Assembly (NCBI GenBank): GCA_051294375.1
Contig: CM119264.1
Location: 15,216,682 to 15,280,681, forward strand
DNA: 64,000 bases
Reading direction: 5' to 3'
DNA from: Paraspadella gotoi
Lineage: Eukaryota > Animalia > Chaetognatha
Below, one piece after another: positions 25,426-37,647 of the stretch. Under the pieces are notes generated by a model. That model made no database searches and was not told the DNA's origin. It saw only the letters and a list, made by a program, of their open reading frames with translations. Numbering within the stretch: position 1 is the stretch's first letter; each line of letters opens with the position of its first letter. Both the position numbers and the translations under genes were made by a program.

Positions 25426-26163
25426 TTAAAAGATTATTTGTATATTAATTAATGTCATAGATGAAATCGTCTTCAGCAACGGAGAAATTACCGTCTGCGC
25501 ATCTGACGTAACCGATGAGTGTTTTTTGTATTTGTTATTCATACTCTTCATCTTTCGGCGAATCCATTGGGGCCACGTGGCTTTGATGTTCACTGCGCCA
25601 TTGTCCGACAATCTGCAAACCTCATCACGCCAAATTTCTGGACAAACGCAACGGCATCCAGGCGCCACGTAACAATCTGGATGTAGTCTCTCACAAGGCA
25701 ATGGTTTCTTATTAGCGGATTCGCAGCGTGTAGGGCATTCGTAGAGTCGATTCACGAACATCAAGTCGTAAAACGAGGGGGTGGGCGCGGCACCGAGTAG
25801 CGACTCCAGGCATTCTGTGACGACGGAGCTTGTTCCAGAGGCCGCAAACTCGGATGATTTTCGCAAGTCATTTTGGTCTAAAATAGGACTCTCAAGACGC
25901 GGAAGAAACTCCTGCCTACTTTTTAAAAAGCTTTTGCCGTTCTTTCTTTCCTCTATTTTTATTTTCTTTTCTTCCTTCACTCTCAACGTCCTCTTTCCTT
26001 CCCTCCCAAATGCTGTTGACGAGTAATGCATCAGTGAGAAGTAATCGTAGGGAACGTGAAAAGTTGGAAAGTCTCGTAGAAGTTTGAAGTTGCGAAAGTG
26101 GTCCTCGTTATATATGGCCTCCCAGTCGACGCGCACGTGGGATGAGCGGTCTGAACGCATATG
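25426..26163 (-). CDS. Astacin metalloprotease, last exon (RxDR, Met-turn, C-terminal helix, EGF-like module, hydrophobic tail)
   Basis: TTTTTCAAG acceptor, then HMRSDR..PYDYFSLMHY..SFYDLMFVNRLYEC..CRCVCPEIWRDEVC; stop at 25426-25428. May contain a small intron at ~25912-25980. Confidence 0.9.
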   Translation of the reverse strand, partial: HMRSDRSSHVRVDWEAIYNEDHFRNFKLLRDFPTFHVPYDYFSLMHYSSTAFGREGKRTLRVKEEKKIKIEERKNGKSFLKSRQEFLPRLESPILDQNDLRKSSEFAASGTSSVVTECLESLLGAAPTPSFYDLMFVNRLYECPTRCESANKKPLPCERLHPDCYVAPGCRCVCPEIWRDEVCRLSDNGAVNIKATWPQWIRRKMKSMNNKYKKHSSVTSDAQTVISPLLKTISSMTLINIQIIF

Positions 26164-27329
26164 CTTGAAAAAAAAAATCTTTGTTTTGGCTTCAAATGAG
26201 ATCATTTTATCGGCTTCTTTGTGTCGTCGTTGTCGGCTTCACGCTTTTTTACCATCATGGCTATTGGAAGTGTGATATCATAGGGAGCTGAAAATTTAGA
26301 TATAGCTTCTAATCATCAAGATCTTTAAAATTGTCATGGTTCATATCAATATTCGTATTTGTTTGTTTTATTTACAAAACAAAAACGTTTTAATTATATG
26401 TCGCTCTCTCTTTTTCTCAGTCACTGCTTCTTCTGATTTGTCTAAAAACGAGTTCCGGCTCTGCAGCGTATGTCCATCTTCTTTCTCTCTCTTTTTTTTA
26501 AAAGAAAAACATTTAATAACTCTCCAGACTCAATTTTAAGCACATCGATGATGAGAAGCTGTATATAAATTTTCAGCTTCATACACCCAAATTTAATCAT
26601 AAAAAAGGCGATCTCTAATTTGGAACGCCGACGACAACAACGACGCCGACGCCACTTTTGCCAACGCTTAGCGATTGCGACGATAAAAATTATGCGAGTG
26701 AAAAAAATTATGCGAGTGGAAAAAAAATAAGTTAAAAAAATTATTTGTACTTTATTTGTAATTATTTCTACTATAGTATTCATCTATTTATTGATTTAGC
26801 TGATTACCGCTTAATTATCGTGGACAGATCCAACATTGTTTGCTCAAACTTGTTTTCTTCTGAATAGGGGTAGCCCCTCTCCATGGGGCGAGGCAAAAAT
26901 TTAGAATGAGAACATGCTCAAATGAAAATTTATACATTTTTAAGTTTACTTTCAATGTACAAAAAATTTCTTATATGGCTCTATACCCAAATATTTATTT
27001 TTTAATATTTATTTATAGAAAGGAAAGGAGTTCGACCCTATTCAGATTTGTCTAAAAACGAGTTCAGCTCTGCAGCGGCTGTCCAGCTTCTATCTTTTTT
27101 TTCTCTCTCTGATTTTTTTTTCCTTCTAAAAACTTTTGTCGCCATTTATTCCGCGCTTTTGTCTCAGTACAAAATCCCAAATTTACATCCGAGATTTTCG
27201 TGTATTTATTTTATGGCTCCGAGATTTAGTCAGAATACGTTTTATGTTTGGAAACAAAGTTATTTGATCGCTGGCGTCAAATTAGATTCCCGATTTCCAA
27301 GAAGCACGAACCCGCAAGTGTTCGTACTC

Positions 27330-28745
27330 TAGGAGCTGACGTCGTTCTTAGAGATCGAGGAAGATTTTCGTTCAAATCTGACTACCAAACAATATAAACG
27401 CTCCTGAGAAAAATTCTGGTAAAAAATATATCTAAAAACACTAGATTCCGATCCTGTTGCATATGAAGGGCTCGCATTTTTTTTCTCTTGTCAAATAACC
27501 ATCATTTTAACATCAAACTATCAGATTCAAATGGACTGGTCCGCTTCGGAAAATATTTTCAATGCAATTTTTATATATAAAATAAAGGGATTTTTCAACT
27601 TCAATACAATGTAAACGCATTTAACATATGTTGTGATTTTATAATAAACTTCCAATTCAGGAATCTGATATATCTAAAGGGCTCTCAAAATTTTTCTTTA
27701 CATTTTATTTGGTTATTTTAATATGATACGATCATGGTAAAGTGAATTAGTCCATTTTGGTGAAATTTTTATTTAAAGTAAAAGTAAAAGAGGAGCTTGT
27801 AAACGAACTAAAGTCGTAGAGGTGGCTGTCGTTGATTCGCTAACTTTCCTGAACTAATTCTGCGCTATCAAAAGTAGAGGAATTCGAGGAAGATGGCGCA
27901 AAAGAGACGATGGCACCTGTCCACTAGCTCAAGATGGCTGACGACAAAGTCTCGGCAAAGATGATCGTCGACGACAAGGCGGACGATCAAGTCGATGCGA
28001 AATCCAGGATCTTCTCTGAAGCTAAAGTTAGAAATCCTGGACGAAGGGAACAAAACATTTAATACACACTCAGTAAATATATATATAAATTTTAAAGAGA
28101 TTCTCTTACTTGTTTCTGAAGCCAGAATTGTAAAACGTTGCCTCTATCACAAAGAAAGTCCACCAATCCAGCGATCACAAAAACTTATTAATTAAAAAAC
28201 GTGTTTCCGAGAATATCTATATGCGAATTGTTGAAAACTTTTAAAGTAGCCAAAAACGCAGTGTGAGACTAAGTGAATTCTGAAAGGCTACACGTCGATA
28301 GAAATCAGGACTGAATTCTATCGAAACGGCGGCAACCACTCAGAACCTGCCACACACTGCCTCGGAAACTTGTACTTAAGTATATACTTTAATACATAAT
28401 CGAAACTACAGATGTCGCTGTGATCGCCAGAGAAACGGAATATCCTTGCGTTAGTAAGGGAACAAAAGAACAGTTGGGGAAAAGGTAGCGAAGCTGGAAT
28501 TTCCTCGTAATATATTGATCACCATTACGTAACAGAGCTAACGATCGAAATTCTAAGAGTTTTCAACTGGGAGTCAGATTCGGGAAAAATCTTCTATCTT
28601 CCAAAGAAGGGGTGGATTTTCTGAAGATTTTGGTTAATATTTTCTATATTTATGGTTGAATTTTTTTTAAAACTTAACAATAGCAATATTTCTATCATTC
28701 TACATTGGCCAGTAAAAGAATATTTTAAAAAAACCTCTGGGTTTT
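27330..28745 (-). mobile_element. Non-autonomous TIR element (same family as 51604-53828 and 56573-57294) hosting a solo LTR
   Basis: Reverse-complement similarity to 56600-57294. Confidence 0.7.
27798..28534 (-). mobile_element. Solo LTR (diverged member of the BEL/Pao-like family)
   Basis: TGTA..AACA with TSD GAGCT; the empty site with a single GAGCT is seen in paralogous host repeats at ~53342 and ~56808. Confidence 0.9.
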
Positions 28746-28907
28746 TTCGTACTCTCTCTTCTCTCTCTCTCTCATACACGCGTATGTTTGTTATCTTGAT
28801 TTAACTTCTTTGTGACGTCGTCTGCGTTGGCGTCGCGCTTTTTCTCTTTCTTTCTCTCTCTCATGCATTTGTTTGTTTTATTTACGATGAATGATTCATC
28901 GTGTCTA

Positions 28908-29504
28908 TGAAAGAACCCCCTCCTCGACCTAGCGGAGAGGGAGAAGACGTCGGGAGAGAAACTGGACTAAAGACCGGGACCGCTGGCGCCGTAAAGTTTA
29001 TAAGTTTCTTATTCACTTGGAGTCTTGATATTTAATGGTACCTTAATAAAATAAAGCATATAGATATTCATACAATACAATCAAAGAAATACTAACTAAT
29101 AATCAAATGATTAATCAAAGAAGCAATATAATCAAATAAACAAATCCACGAAGAAACCACTAAGCGTCCATTAGGCATACACAAACGTTTATTATTTTAG
29201 AGAAGAGTCCCGTTTCAACGCAAAATCTGGAATGACCGTAAAAGAGAGAAAGAGACGAATGACAAATGACCGTTAAAGAGAGAAAGAGACGAATAAAAGA
29301 GCATCTGAGTTACGGTCGTCTGGACTATACAGCTCCTCCCTTATCCACCGAGATCCTGTCCTCAGGATACGCTCCTGACGACGCCGGAATCGCGTCATAC
29401 AAAATCTTATCCTCCGCCATCTTGTATTCTTCATTAACTGAGTCGCGCTACAAATAATCTCAAGTGACTTTGAATGCTTGCCATCTCTGCCACGCGGGAC
29501 TTCA
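28908..29504 (-). mobile_element. LTR-like fragment with a PBS-like motif
   Basis: Minus strand starts TGAAG, has TATA-like and AATAAA motifs, then CGGCGCCAGCGGT at ~28990; no TSD found. Confidence 0.3.
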
Positions 29505-30664
29505 TCGGTATAGTGAAATGTAATCAAACGTAATAACAAAAAATCTTAAAAGCATAAGGGATCGAGCCTACTTTTGATGATAACCAAAATGGATGCGATG
29601 ATAGTCATTCATTGATGCGATGATAATCATTCATTGATGCGATGATAGTCATTCATTGATGCGATGCTTGTCATTCATTGACGTGATGAGTTAATTAGTG
29701 AGAGAGAGAGAGTTGATTGAGAGAGAAATATAGAGAGAATAATAAAATAATAATAAAAGTTTTTTGAAGGAAAAAAAAATCCACGAAAATCTCGGAAATA
29801 AATTTGGGATTTTGTATTAAGAAAAAAGTGGCGTGATAAAAATAAAATTGTTTTATTAGAGTGAGTGATTAAGCATCAATTAACTTTCTTTTTTTTTTCA
29901 ATTGAAATAAGACTGAAGTCTTTTGTTCATCTAGTTCAAAATGAGGTTGAAAACCTTATTTTTTTGCATATTATTGAAAATTAATGAGATTGATATTGAT
30001 TGTTTGAAATGAAAACTCGTCGCTATAAAGCTAAACTATTTTCAATAATAACGGTCAAAAAATTATAATCCCTATTAACAAAATATATAGTTGAAATACT
30101 CAGTTAACAACTATGATATTTTTGACTTCAAAATATTTTTTTTACTTATCAAAAAAAATTTTATATCCTCATCTTAAAAAGTTTAATCTTGAATGAAATT
30201 TTAGATTGTTCTTTTTTTTTTAAGACGAAACCAGACCAAGGTCAAATTTCATATTTGCATATTTAACTAATTTATAAATATTTATCCCAACTCAAATAAT
30301 TATTATTTTAAAAATGGATAAAAATGATTAAATATATACACTAAAAAAAATTACAAATTTAAAATTATAAAATTATTAGAATAACAAAAAAGTAATGTTT
30401 AATTTGACTATATCTCTCTTCTCAACTCCTATTTTAGATATAATTTGCCAATAGTGGGCCGACCGGTCCAAAGTTACAGTAATAAACAAAAACAAAAAAA
30501 TCTTTTTTTTTTTAGAAAATTATATATGCAATTAAATTAATCCGCGCAATTGCCGGACATATAGCAGATATATGTACAGCAGCAAGCTGATGTACATGTG
30601 ACATTGCCTGCATTATAAGTTATTTTTTCTTTTTTCTAAAATGAATCCACGAAAATCTCGGATG

Positions 30665-31165
30665 CACTATAGAGCTTAGTAAGGGTGGATGAAACGAAAA
30701 TATCACAGGGCCTCGCTATCGGAGACAGAACGACTACACTATATGAAGCTTAGTAGGGTGGATGACGGAAAATATCACAGGGCCTCGCTATCGAGGCCAG
30801 ACAGACTACACTAAATATGAGCTTAGTAGGGTGGATGACGGAAAATATCACAGGGCCTGCGCTATCAGAGCAAAGAACGACTACAATATATGACTTATAG
30901 GGTGGAATGACGGAAAAATATCACAGGCCTCGCTATCGAGCAGAACGACTACACTATATGAGGGCTTAGTAGGGGTGATGACGGAAAATATCACAGGGGC
31001 CTCGCTATCGAGCAGAACGACTACACTATATGACTATTAGTAAAGGGTGGATGACGGAAAAATATCACGGGCCTCGCTATCGACAGAGACGACTACACTA
31101 TATGAAGCTAGTAGGTGGAATGACGGAAATATCAAAGGGCCTCGCTATCGAGCCAGAACGACTCC
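30665..31165. repeat. ~62-bp tandem satellite, about 8 units
   Basis: Unit CACTATATGAGCTTAGTAGGGTGGATGACGGAAAATATCACAGGGCCTCGCTATCGAG.CAGAACGACTA. Confidence 0.95.
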
Positions 31166-32254
31166 TTTTTTCCTTTTAATAGATGTAATTGAGCCCAACA
31201 TCCCACCCACCTTCCAGAATCCGTTTGACTTTAATAATGATAAAAAACCTTTAATCTTCTCAATTCCTAAGTTCATATCTATTAAAATATTTTTAAAAAA
31301 TTTTTTAAAAAAAAGGGATTTTATGCTGGTAATATAATATTATGGTTTTCATTATATAAGTTGTATTACTTTTTCCTTTAAATATTTGTTTCTTTTTTTG
31401 TTTGTTTTTCTCTTTTTTTATTTAAAAATCTCTTAACTAGCAATATGCAAATGAGAATTATAAACCGTTCATGGTTTTTAGAGCCTTTTCCCAGTATGTA
31501 TCCTATCAGAACATACAATTCTACATGTAGTCTTATCCCTATTGGTAAAAAAATCATATATAACGTTGGTCCCCCTCAAAAAATTATCCATTCCCACCCC
31601 TTTCTGTTCCAGCCTGCTTAGATATTCATGATTTTTCATTAATGACTTTCTAAACAGAAATGATGTGTGATATCTATTAGAAAACTAGGACAGATAGTAA
31701 TCTAACGCTTGTGTTGTATAGATGCATCCTCTAATTTCCAGAAGACAACACTGACTTCCCCTTCCGCAAAATTGTAATTCATTAGATAAATAAAACATTT
31801 TTAAAAAAGAAAGCAATATTATGTTTTGAATAAATAATTATAGATTGAAATACTAAATCCTTCATAAAAATATTAAAATAGAAAAATGAAAAATCAGTGA
31901 AACAAGTAATTTTGCAAATTTTCATAAAACGTAGCGGAGTTTGAAAAACGAAAGTTTTTAATGGTTGACAACGATTTTATTAATTTGAGATTAAAGACCA
32001 AGTCTTATTACATCAATGACTGTTATTTTAATGTTAACTCTGCTTCCCTGTCTCTCTCGTCTCTCTCTCTCTCACTCACAAAATTTATTCTTTCCCTCAC
32101 AGCTTTCTCTCTCTCTCTCTCTCTCCAAGTCAATTTAGATAACATGAAATTGTGATTGTCATAGCGCAACTGAATGAAGCTTGACGTAAAAGCTTGACGT
32201 AATAAGCTTGACGTAATAAGACTTCGTCTTAATACTCAAATAACTCAAAAACAG

Positions 32255-32580
32255 CAATGAAAGAAAAGTTTAATGCACAACGATTTTATTATACATTCAG
32301 TGACGGAAATGTTTCGTCTCTTACAATTTTTGAAGTTCTTCATCACTCATCAGCGCTTGTTTTGGACAACTTTCAACAGACATAAGTTGGTGAGATAAGA
32401 GATAGAGGGAGAAAGAGAGAGAGAGAGTGAGAGAGTTTTCACAAGAATTGAGAGAAGGACAGTGGTCAGATGTAAGGAGCAGTTGAAGATAAGGACGCAG
32501 CAAAAGGGGAAGTTAGTGTTTTTTTGAAATTGTGAAAGTGAGAGGAGAGAGAGCAGAGAGAACATGAACATTTTTAAATG
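32255..32580 (-). mobile_element. Hammerhead-family element with a degenerate ribozyme (32303-32356)
   Basis: Minus strand GCG-CTGATGA-(GTGATGA duplication)..GAAA-CATT-TC-CGT, plus the shared GGACAGTGGTCAGATGT..GGA block. Confidence 0.55.
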
Positions 32581-33026
32581 TACATAACAAGGAATAGATA
32601 AAGTTAGGTTAAACTTGTAAATTGAAAATTAACTAAAAGATAAATAAACTTAAATAAACAAATAAACTAATAACCAAAACAAATTTGGTTTAAGTTCAAT
32701 CTTAATATTACAATACACAACGAAAGCAGTGCCATACATCACGCCAAACTCATTCCCGGTCTCATTTCGTTTCCACGTTGGAGTGAACTGATTCCTGCGC
32801 CTATCTATAAAAAGAGAGAGAGAGAGAGAGAGACCAGATAGAAAAGAGAGAGTGTGAGAGAGTGTGAGGAGAGAGGCAAAGAGCGGGAAGAAGATGTTGA
32901 GTTAGAAAGAGAGATGACAGATACAGACAGAGAGAGAAGAAGATATATATATATATCTCATTCCTCTCATCTTTCTCCTTTCTTTCTTTCTATATGTATA
33001 ATTGTGTATATATTATATATAATATT

Positions 33027-33655
33027 TATTAGGCGGTCCAAAAATTGAACATTTTAATAACTTTTAATTCCTCTCAAAAAAATTCCTTTTTTCCTTCTAA
33101 TTACTTAAATCGATTTTCAATGTAACTTTTTTGAAATTAGTTAATTGGGTTGTTGCATGAAGCTTTTTAATATTTATTAATGATATAACAAATGACAAAA
33201 AAATTTTTTGAAAAAATTAGTTTTTTAAGAACGGATTCCTAAATAGAGCTTGAAAAGTTAAATGAAAGTTATACATACAAATTTTTAAAAATTTTGACAA
33301 GAAATTGGTTAAAAACAGAAAAAACTGTTAAAAATCATCAATCATCATCATCATATGCTGAATTTATAGTTTTTTAAAATTTTTATCAATACAACAAAAA
33401 AATTTTAAAATTTTGTTATTAATAACGCTTTATCTAAACTTTTAAAGCTCTATCAGAATCCATTAAAAAATTGGAAAATTCAAAAAAAATTTTTAAAACT
33501 TTTTATATAGTAATAAAAAGAACTTTAAAATGCTTCGCGTGCGCTTATTAATAAATAATTTTTTAAATTAATTTTTATTTTCAATATTCTCTAACAGTCA
33601 CTTTATCATTATTTATTTGAGAGAACTTCTAGTTTTCAACCTGTTCCGGCCTAAT
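33027..33655. mobile_element. Diverged foldback / MITE-like element in a TA/GA microsatellite
   Basis: TATTAGGCGG..CCGGCCTAATA termini with degenerate internal symmetry. Confidence 0.45.
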
Positions 33656-35924
33656 ATATATATATAGAGAGAGAGAAGAGAATTGAGAGAGAGAGAGAGT
33701 TTAATACTGACTGAGTAAAGCAAAAAAAGTAAGTATTAGGTCATTAGGCAACCTAGCGCGTGAAGGTAAAACAAAAAATGTGAGACTTCACAATAAAATC
33801 AATTTTTTAAAGATTATGCAAGACATTTTTGACAGATGGACAGAGAAACAATGTTTGTCATCATAAAAAAACAAGAATAATTAATAATATTAACAATATA
33901 TTTCACTTAAATTTTCTTTTGAATTGAATATGAACGTTACACACACTGCATAATTTGTCGTTGTTACTGTTGTTCCCGTTGTTAGTTTCTTAAGCCAAAT
34001 GATGCTATGACTAATCTGATATTAGTTTGCTTTGACATTTTTTGCTAATTCCTAAATATTTTTATTGATCACCAACTATTTTAATTGATTTGTCCGGCAA
34101 AGTTGATTTTCAACCTTTTTTTTATAGTTAATTATATAAGAAAATAAAATTTCGAAGATTACTGTTTGTTTATCTTATATCTCTTTTGAATATTTAAAAC
34201 GAAGGAATCCGCTATTAACATAGTAAGACGAAATATGAAAACTGACTATTAAAAAGTACATTTAAATGCGTTACTACTAGAGACCCTAGTAACCGAGATG
34301 TTCAAAATGCAGTTTCAATATTTCAAACAATTTAAATTTGATCTTGACCTCGCTAGGATAAAAATAATTTGGTTCTCATAGAAGAAAATAATTTTTTTTA
34401 AAATAATATATCAATAAAAAGCTTAAAAAATATATCTTTTAATCCTTATATATTTATTAAATCACTGAAAGGTTTAGGTTTATTTATTTTAGTCAAATAA
34501 TAATAAAAATGATTTAAACTTTATCTTAATTTGCATTGGAACATAGTCAACTGGTGAGTGCCTATTTCTCTCTTAAATGGAAAAACACGCAAAAAAACCG
34601 CAACAGGGGTAATAAAATGGGAAATACTCTGACCTATTAATCCGCATCCACAGGTTCCAATTTCGTTTAACCCTAGTTAAACCCAGGACTTAAAGTGAAA
34701 ATTTGGACTTAAAGGAAAGAAGTACTGAGAACAACTGATGCTGTCATCCTGCATTGGGCCACTGATTCGCAGTATGTCCGACTTTAAATCATTGAAGAAG
34801 CATGTCAGCAGAAACCCTATGAAAAAGAGCTTCCGATAAATCGTAGAAAGAAGTAATATTTTTTCAAAATAACTATTTTAACCTAAGGTTAAAGTCGTTA
34901 TGTCGAAAAAAGAATTAGTAAATAAAATCATTTATGTCGAAAAATAACAACTTGTAACAAAAATCACCATGACAACAAACCAAATAGCTAAGGTCCAGAT
35001 ATCGCGGCTCAGAACTTTAAATTAAACCAACTATAACGAAAATCTATTGAGATCGTAGCTGTGATAAAGTTCGCCCGGGATATTTTCCGTCATCAGGTAC
35101 CAGTGTGGGAATGTAATTTGGGATTTTGTATTGAGAAAAAAAATGGCGATAATAAAAGTTTTTAGAAAGGAAAAAATAATAAGAAATTTTTTTCAAAAAA
35201 CGAACGATCGTACATAGAGAGAGAGAGAAAGAGAGAAAGAAGCTGACTAAAAATTTTTTTTTTGTAAAAAAAAAAAAAAAAAGAGAGAGGGAGAGAGCCG
35301 GAAATCGTTTAATCGTTTACTCGTCGCGCAGTGACGGTGGTAAAAAAAAAGTGACTAAAAAAATATTTTTGTACAAAAAAAAGAGATAGAAAGATAGAGA
35401 GAGAGAGAGAGCCGGAACTCGTTTACTCGTCGCCTTGTGATGACGGTGGTGAAAAAAAAAGTGAATACATTTTTTTTTGTAAAAAAAAAAAGGAAAGAGA
35501 GAGAAAGAGAAAGTTTTCCCGCCAACGATATGCAATATTAGCTCCTCCTCGTTTATATCGGCGTGATCTCGGTCAAGTTGATTTTTTTTATACTTGTAAC
35601 GTTTCCGTTGCCATCAAAACGCGTTATTAGGTCATGTTCCTCGACATTGTTTACTCGTTGCCTGCAACGGCCACGAAATTCAGGTCAAGTAAGATATTCA
35701 TATTTTCTCAAAAAAATCCACGAAAATCTCAGATGTAAATTTGGGATTTTGTATTGAGAAAGAAGCGGAATATAAATGGCGATATAAAAGTTTTCAGAAG
35801 GAAAAAAATATCAGAATTTTTAAAAAACGAACGATCAGGCATGAGATCGTACAGAGAGAGACAGACGCACACAGAGAGAGAGAGAGAGACCCTGAACTCG
35901 TTTTTTAACGATTCAGAAAAGGCA

Positions 35925-36555
35925 GCATCTGAAAAAATATATATATAATTAAAAAATAAATAAAGAAAGGCAAAAAATGTTACAATGGTTTACAATTGGA
36001 AATTTTTCCAATTTTTTCCAATCGCAGCTTGTAAAAGATTTTATTTTATTTGTATTAAAATTAAGATATACTTCTCATTAAAAAGTTATTTTGAGTTCCC
36101 ATTTTTATTATAGATTTAAAAATTTTTTTTGAATTTCATCTTCAATATTATATACTGCAATATGTAATAATTAAAGCATTTCTATATACTAATTTGGATA
36201 TTATAATGAGTACTATAATCTCATTTGCATATTACAGTAAATCATAATGAAGTGGAAATTCAAACAAAAAATACTTAAATCCAAATGTAATAAGAAATAT
36301 AAAGCTATTTCAAGATGAGAAGCCATATTAAATTTTTAACTTACTATGATGGCACACTTTTGTAAAACTTTATCATAATTCATAATAATTTTTATTTAAA
36401 AAAAAAACGGTAAGTCACAGCCAAACCTATAAAAGCGCAGTAGTTTTATATAAAAACAGCGTGACGCCGACGACGACGACGACGACTACGTCACAAAGAA
36501 GCAATCCTAAATTATTATAGAGCCTGAACCGGCTTCGCCGGTCATGCTCGATAAA
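35925..36555 (+). mobile_element. Helitron/Helentron-like non-autonomous element (inverted copy at 59975-60600)
   Basis: Terminal hairpin ACCGGCTTCGCCGGT and a (GAC)n tract; long reverse-complement match to 59975-60600. Confidence 0.55.
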
Positions 36556-36929
36556 AAATGTTTTCTTTTTGTACGAACATAATTGAGGCCATAGCATAGT
36601 AATATTACTGGGAACTCCCACGAAGTCCGTTCTGGTCAGCGGTGAAACCAGGGTGGTACAGAAGATATAAAAGATAAAAATCACACCACCGCTCCGAAGA
36701 TCAGGAGCTGGTTTCCAACGCAACACGTTCAGAACACGAAATGAATATATAATGAATAGCCCAAAAAAAAGATTGATATCCGATACTTTCCTAGTATCAA
36801 CGGAGACACTCAAGTCTATCGCAGAATGCCATTAATTTTCACATATACGCTCAATCATCATCCAACGCAACTTTAATTTTTTTCTTGATATGTTCTGGTA
36901 CATAAATTTGATTTGGAATTAAATGTTAG

Positions 36930-37647
36930 TGTGGCAGCAAGACTTAAAGCTGCCTCACTGCTGTCTGTCCTCAGCCTCGTCTCAATGGCTGAGCAGCTAA
37001 ATCATCTCATTCCAATCATGCGTCCGGGTTCAATCCTGGTATACCGGTTTGGCTTAAATGTGACGGTGCTGGTATAAACATGCCAGTGACAGAGGTAGTC
37101 ACTGAGGTCTGCAGCCCCTACGCCAGTTGGTGATACCCCCGCCCTGGGTATCACAGGTATATCTCCCGTTGCCATAAGTGGTGAGCCCTACTATCGAACA
37201 ACCAACCGCTGCGCACCGTGCGCCCACACTTATGTCACTTAGGGTATGCATATCACGCCTATGCCCTACTCTGGTAATGCTCCAGATTCGCTCCGCCGCT
37301 TGCCTCTCATATGGCAATGAGATCAAAACCTTCTCTCAGACATCTCCTCAGGAATTAAGGCCCCTGTGGAGAAGTCTGGTGGGGGAATCCTGTGGAAGCA
37401 AGACTTAAAGCTGCCTCACTGCTGTCCGTCCTCAGCCTCGTCTCAATGGGTGAGCAGGCTAAATCATCTCATTCTAACCGTGCGTCCCGGTTCATCTCCT
37501 GGGTATCCCGGTTCTGGCTTAAATGTGACGGTGCCGTATAAAACATGCCAGTGACAGGAGGCGGTCACTGAGGGTCCGCACTCCGCACCCCCACGCCAGT
37601 TGGTGAGATACCCGCGCCGCGTGGTATCACAAGCAATCCTCCCGTTT
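36930..37647 (+). mobile_element. Head-to-tail ~461-bp GC-rich units (1.5 copies) with a tRNA-like pol III head, SINE-like
   Basis: GACTTAAAGCTGCCTCACTG at 36941 and 37402; A-box TGGCTGAGCAG (36986); T-arm CCGGGTTCAATCCTGG (37024); many internal hairpins. Confidence 0.55.

Noticed and set aside
30665-31165. CRISPR-like periodic array
   Set aside because: The whole 62-bp unit repeats with no unique spacers, there are no cas genes, and the context is eukaryotic.
37310-37475. HDV-like or twister ribozyme in the tandem unit
   Set aside because: A GCTAA motif and a possible P2 exist, but I could not build P1/P3/P1.1 or the twister pseudoknots by eye.
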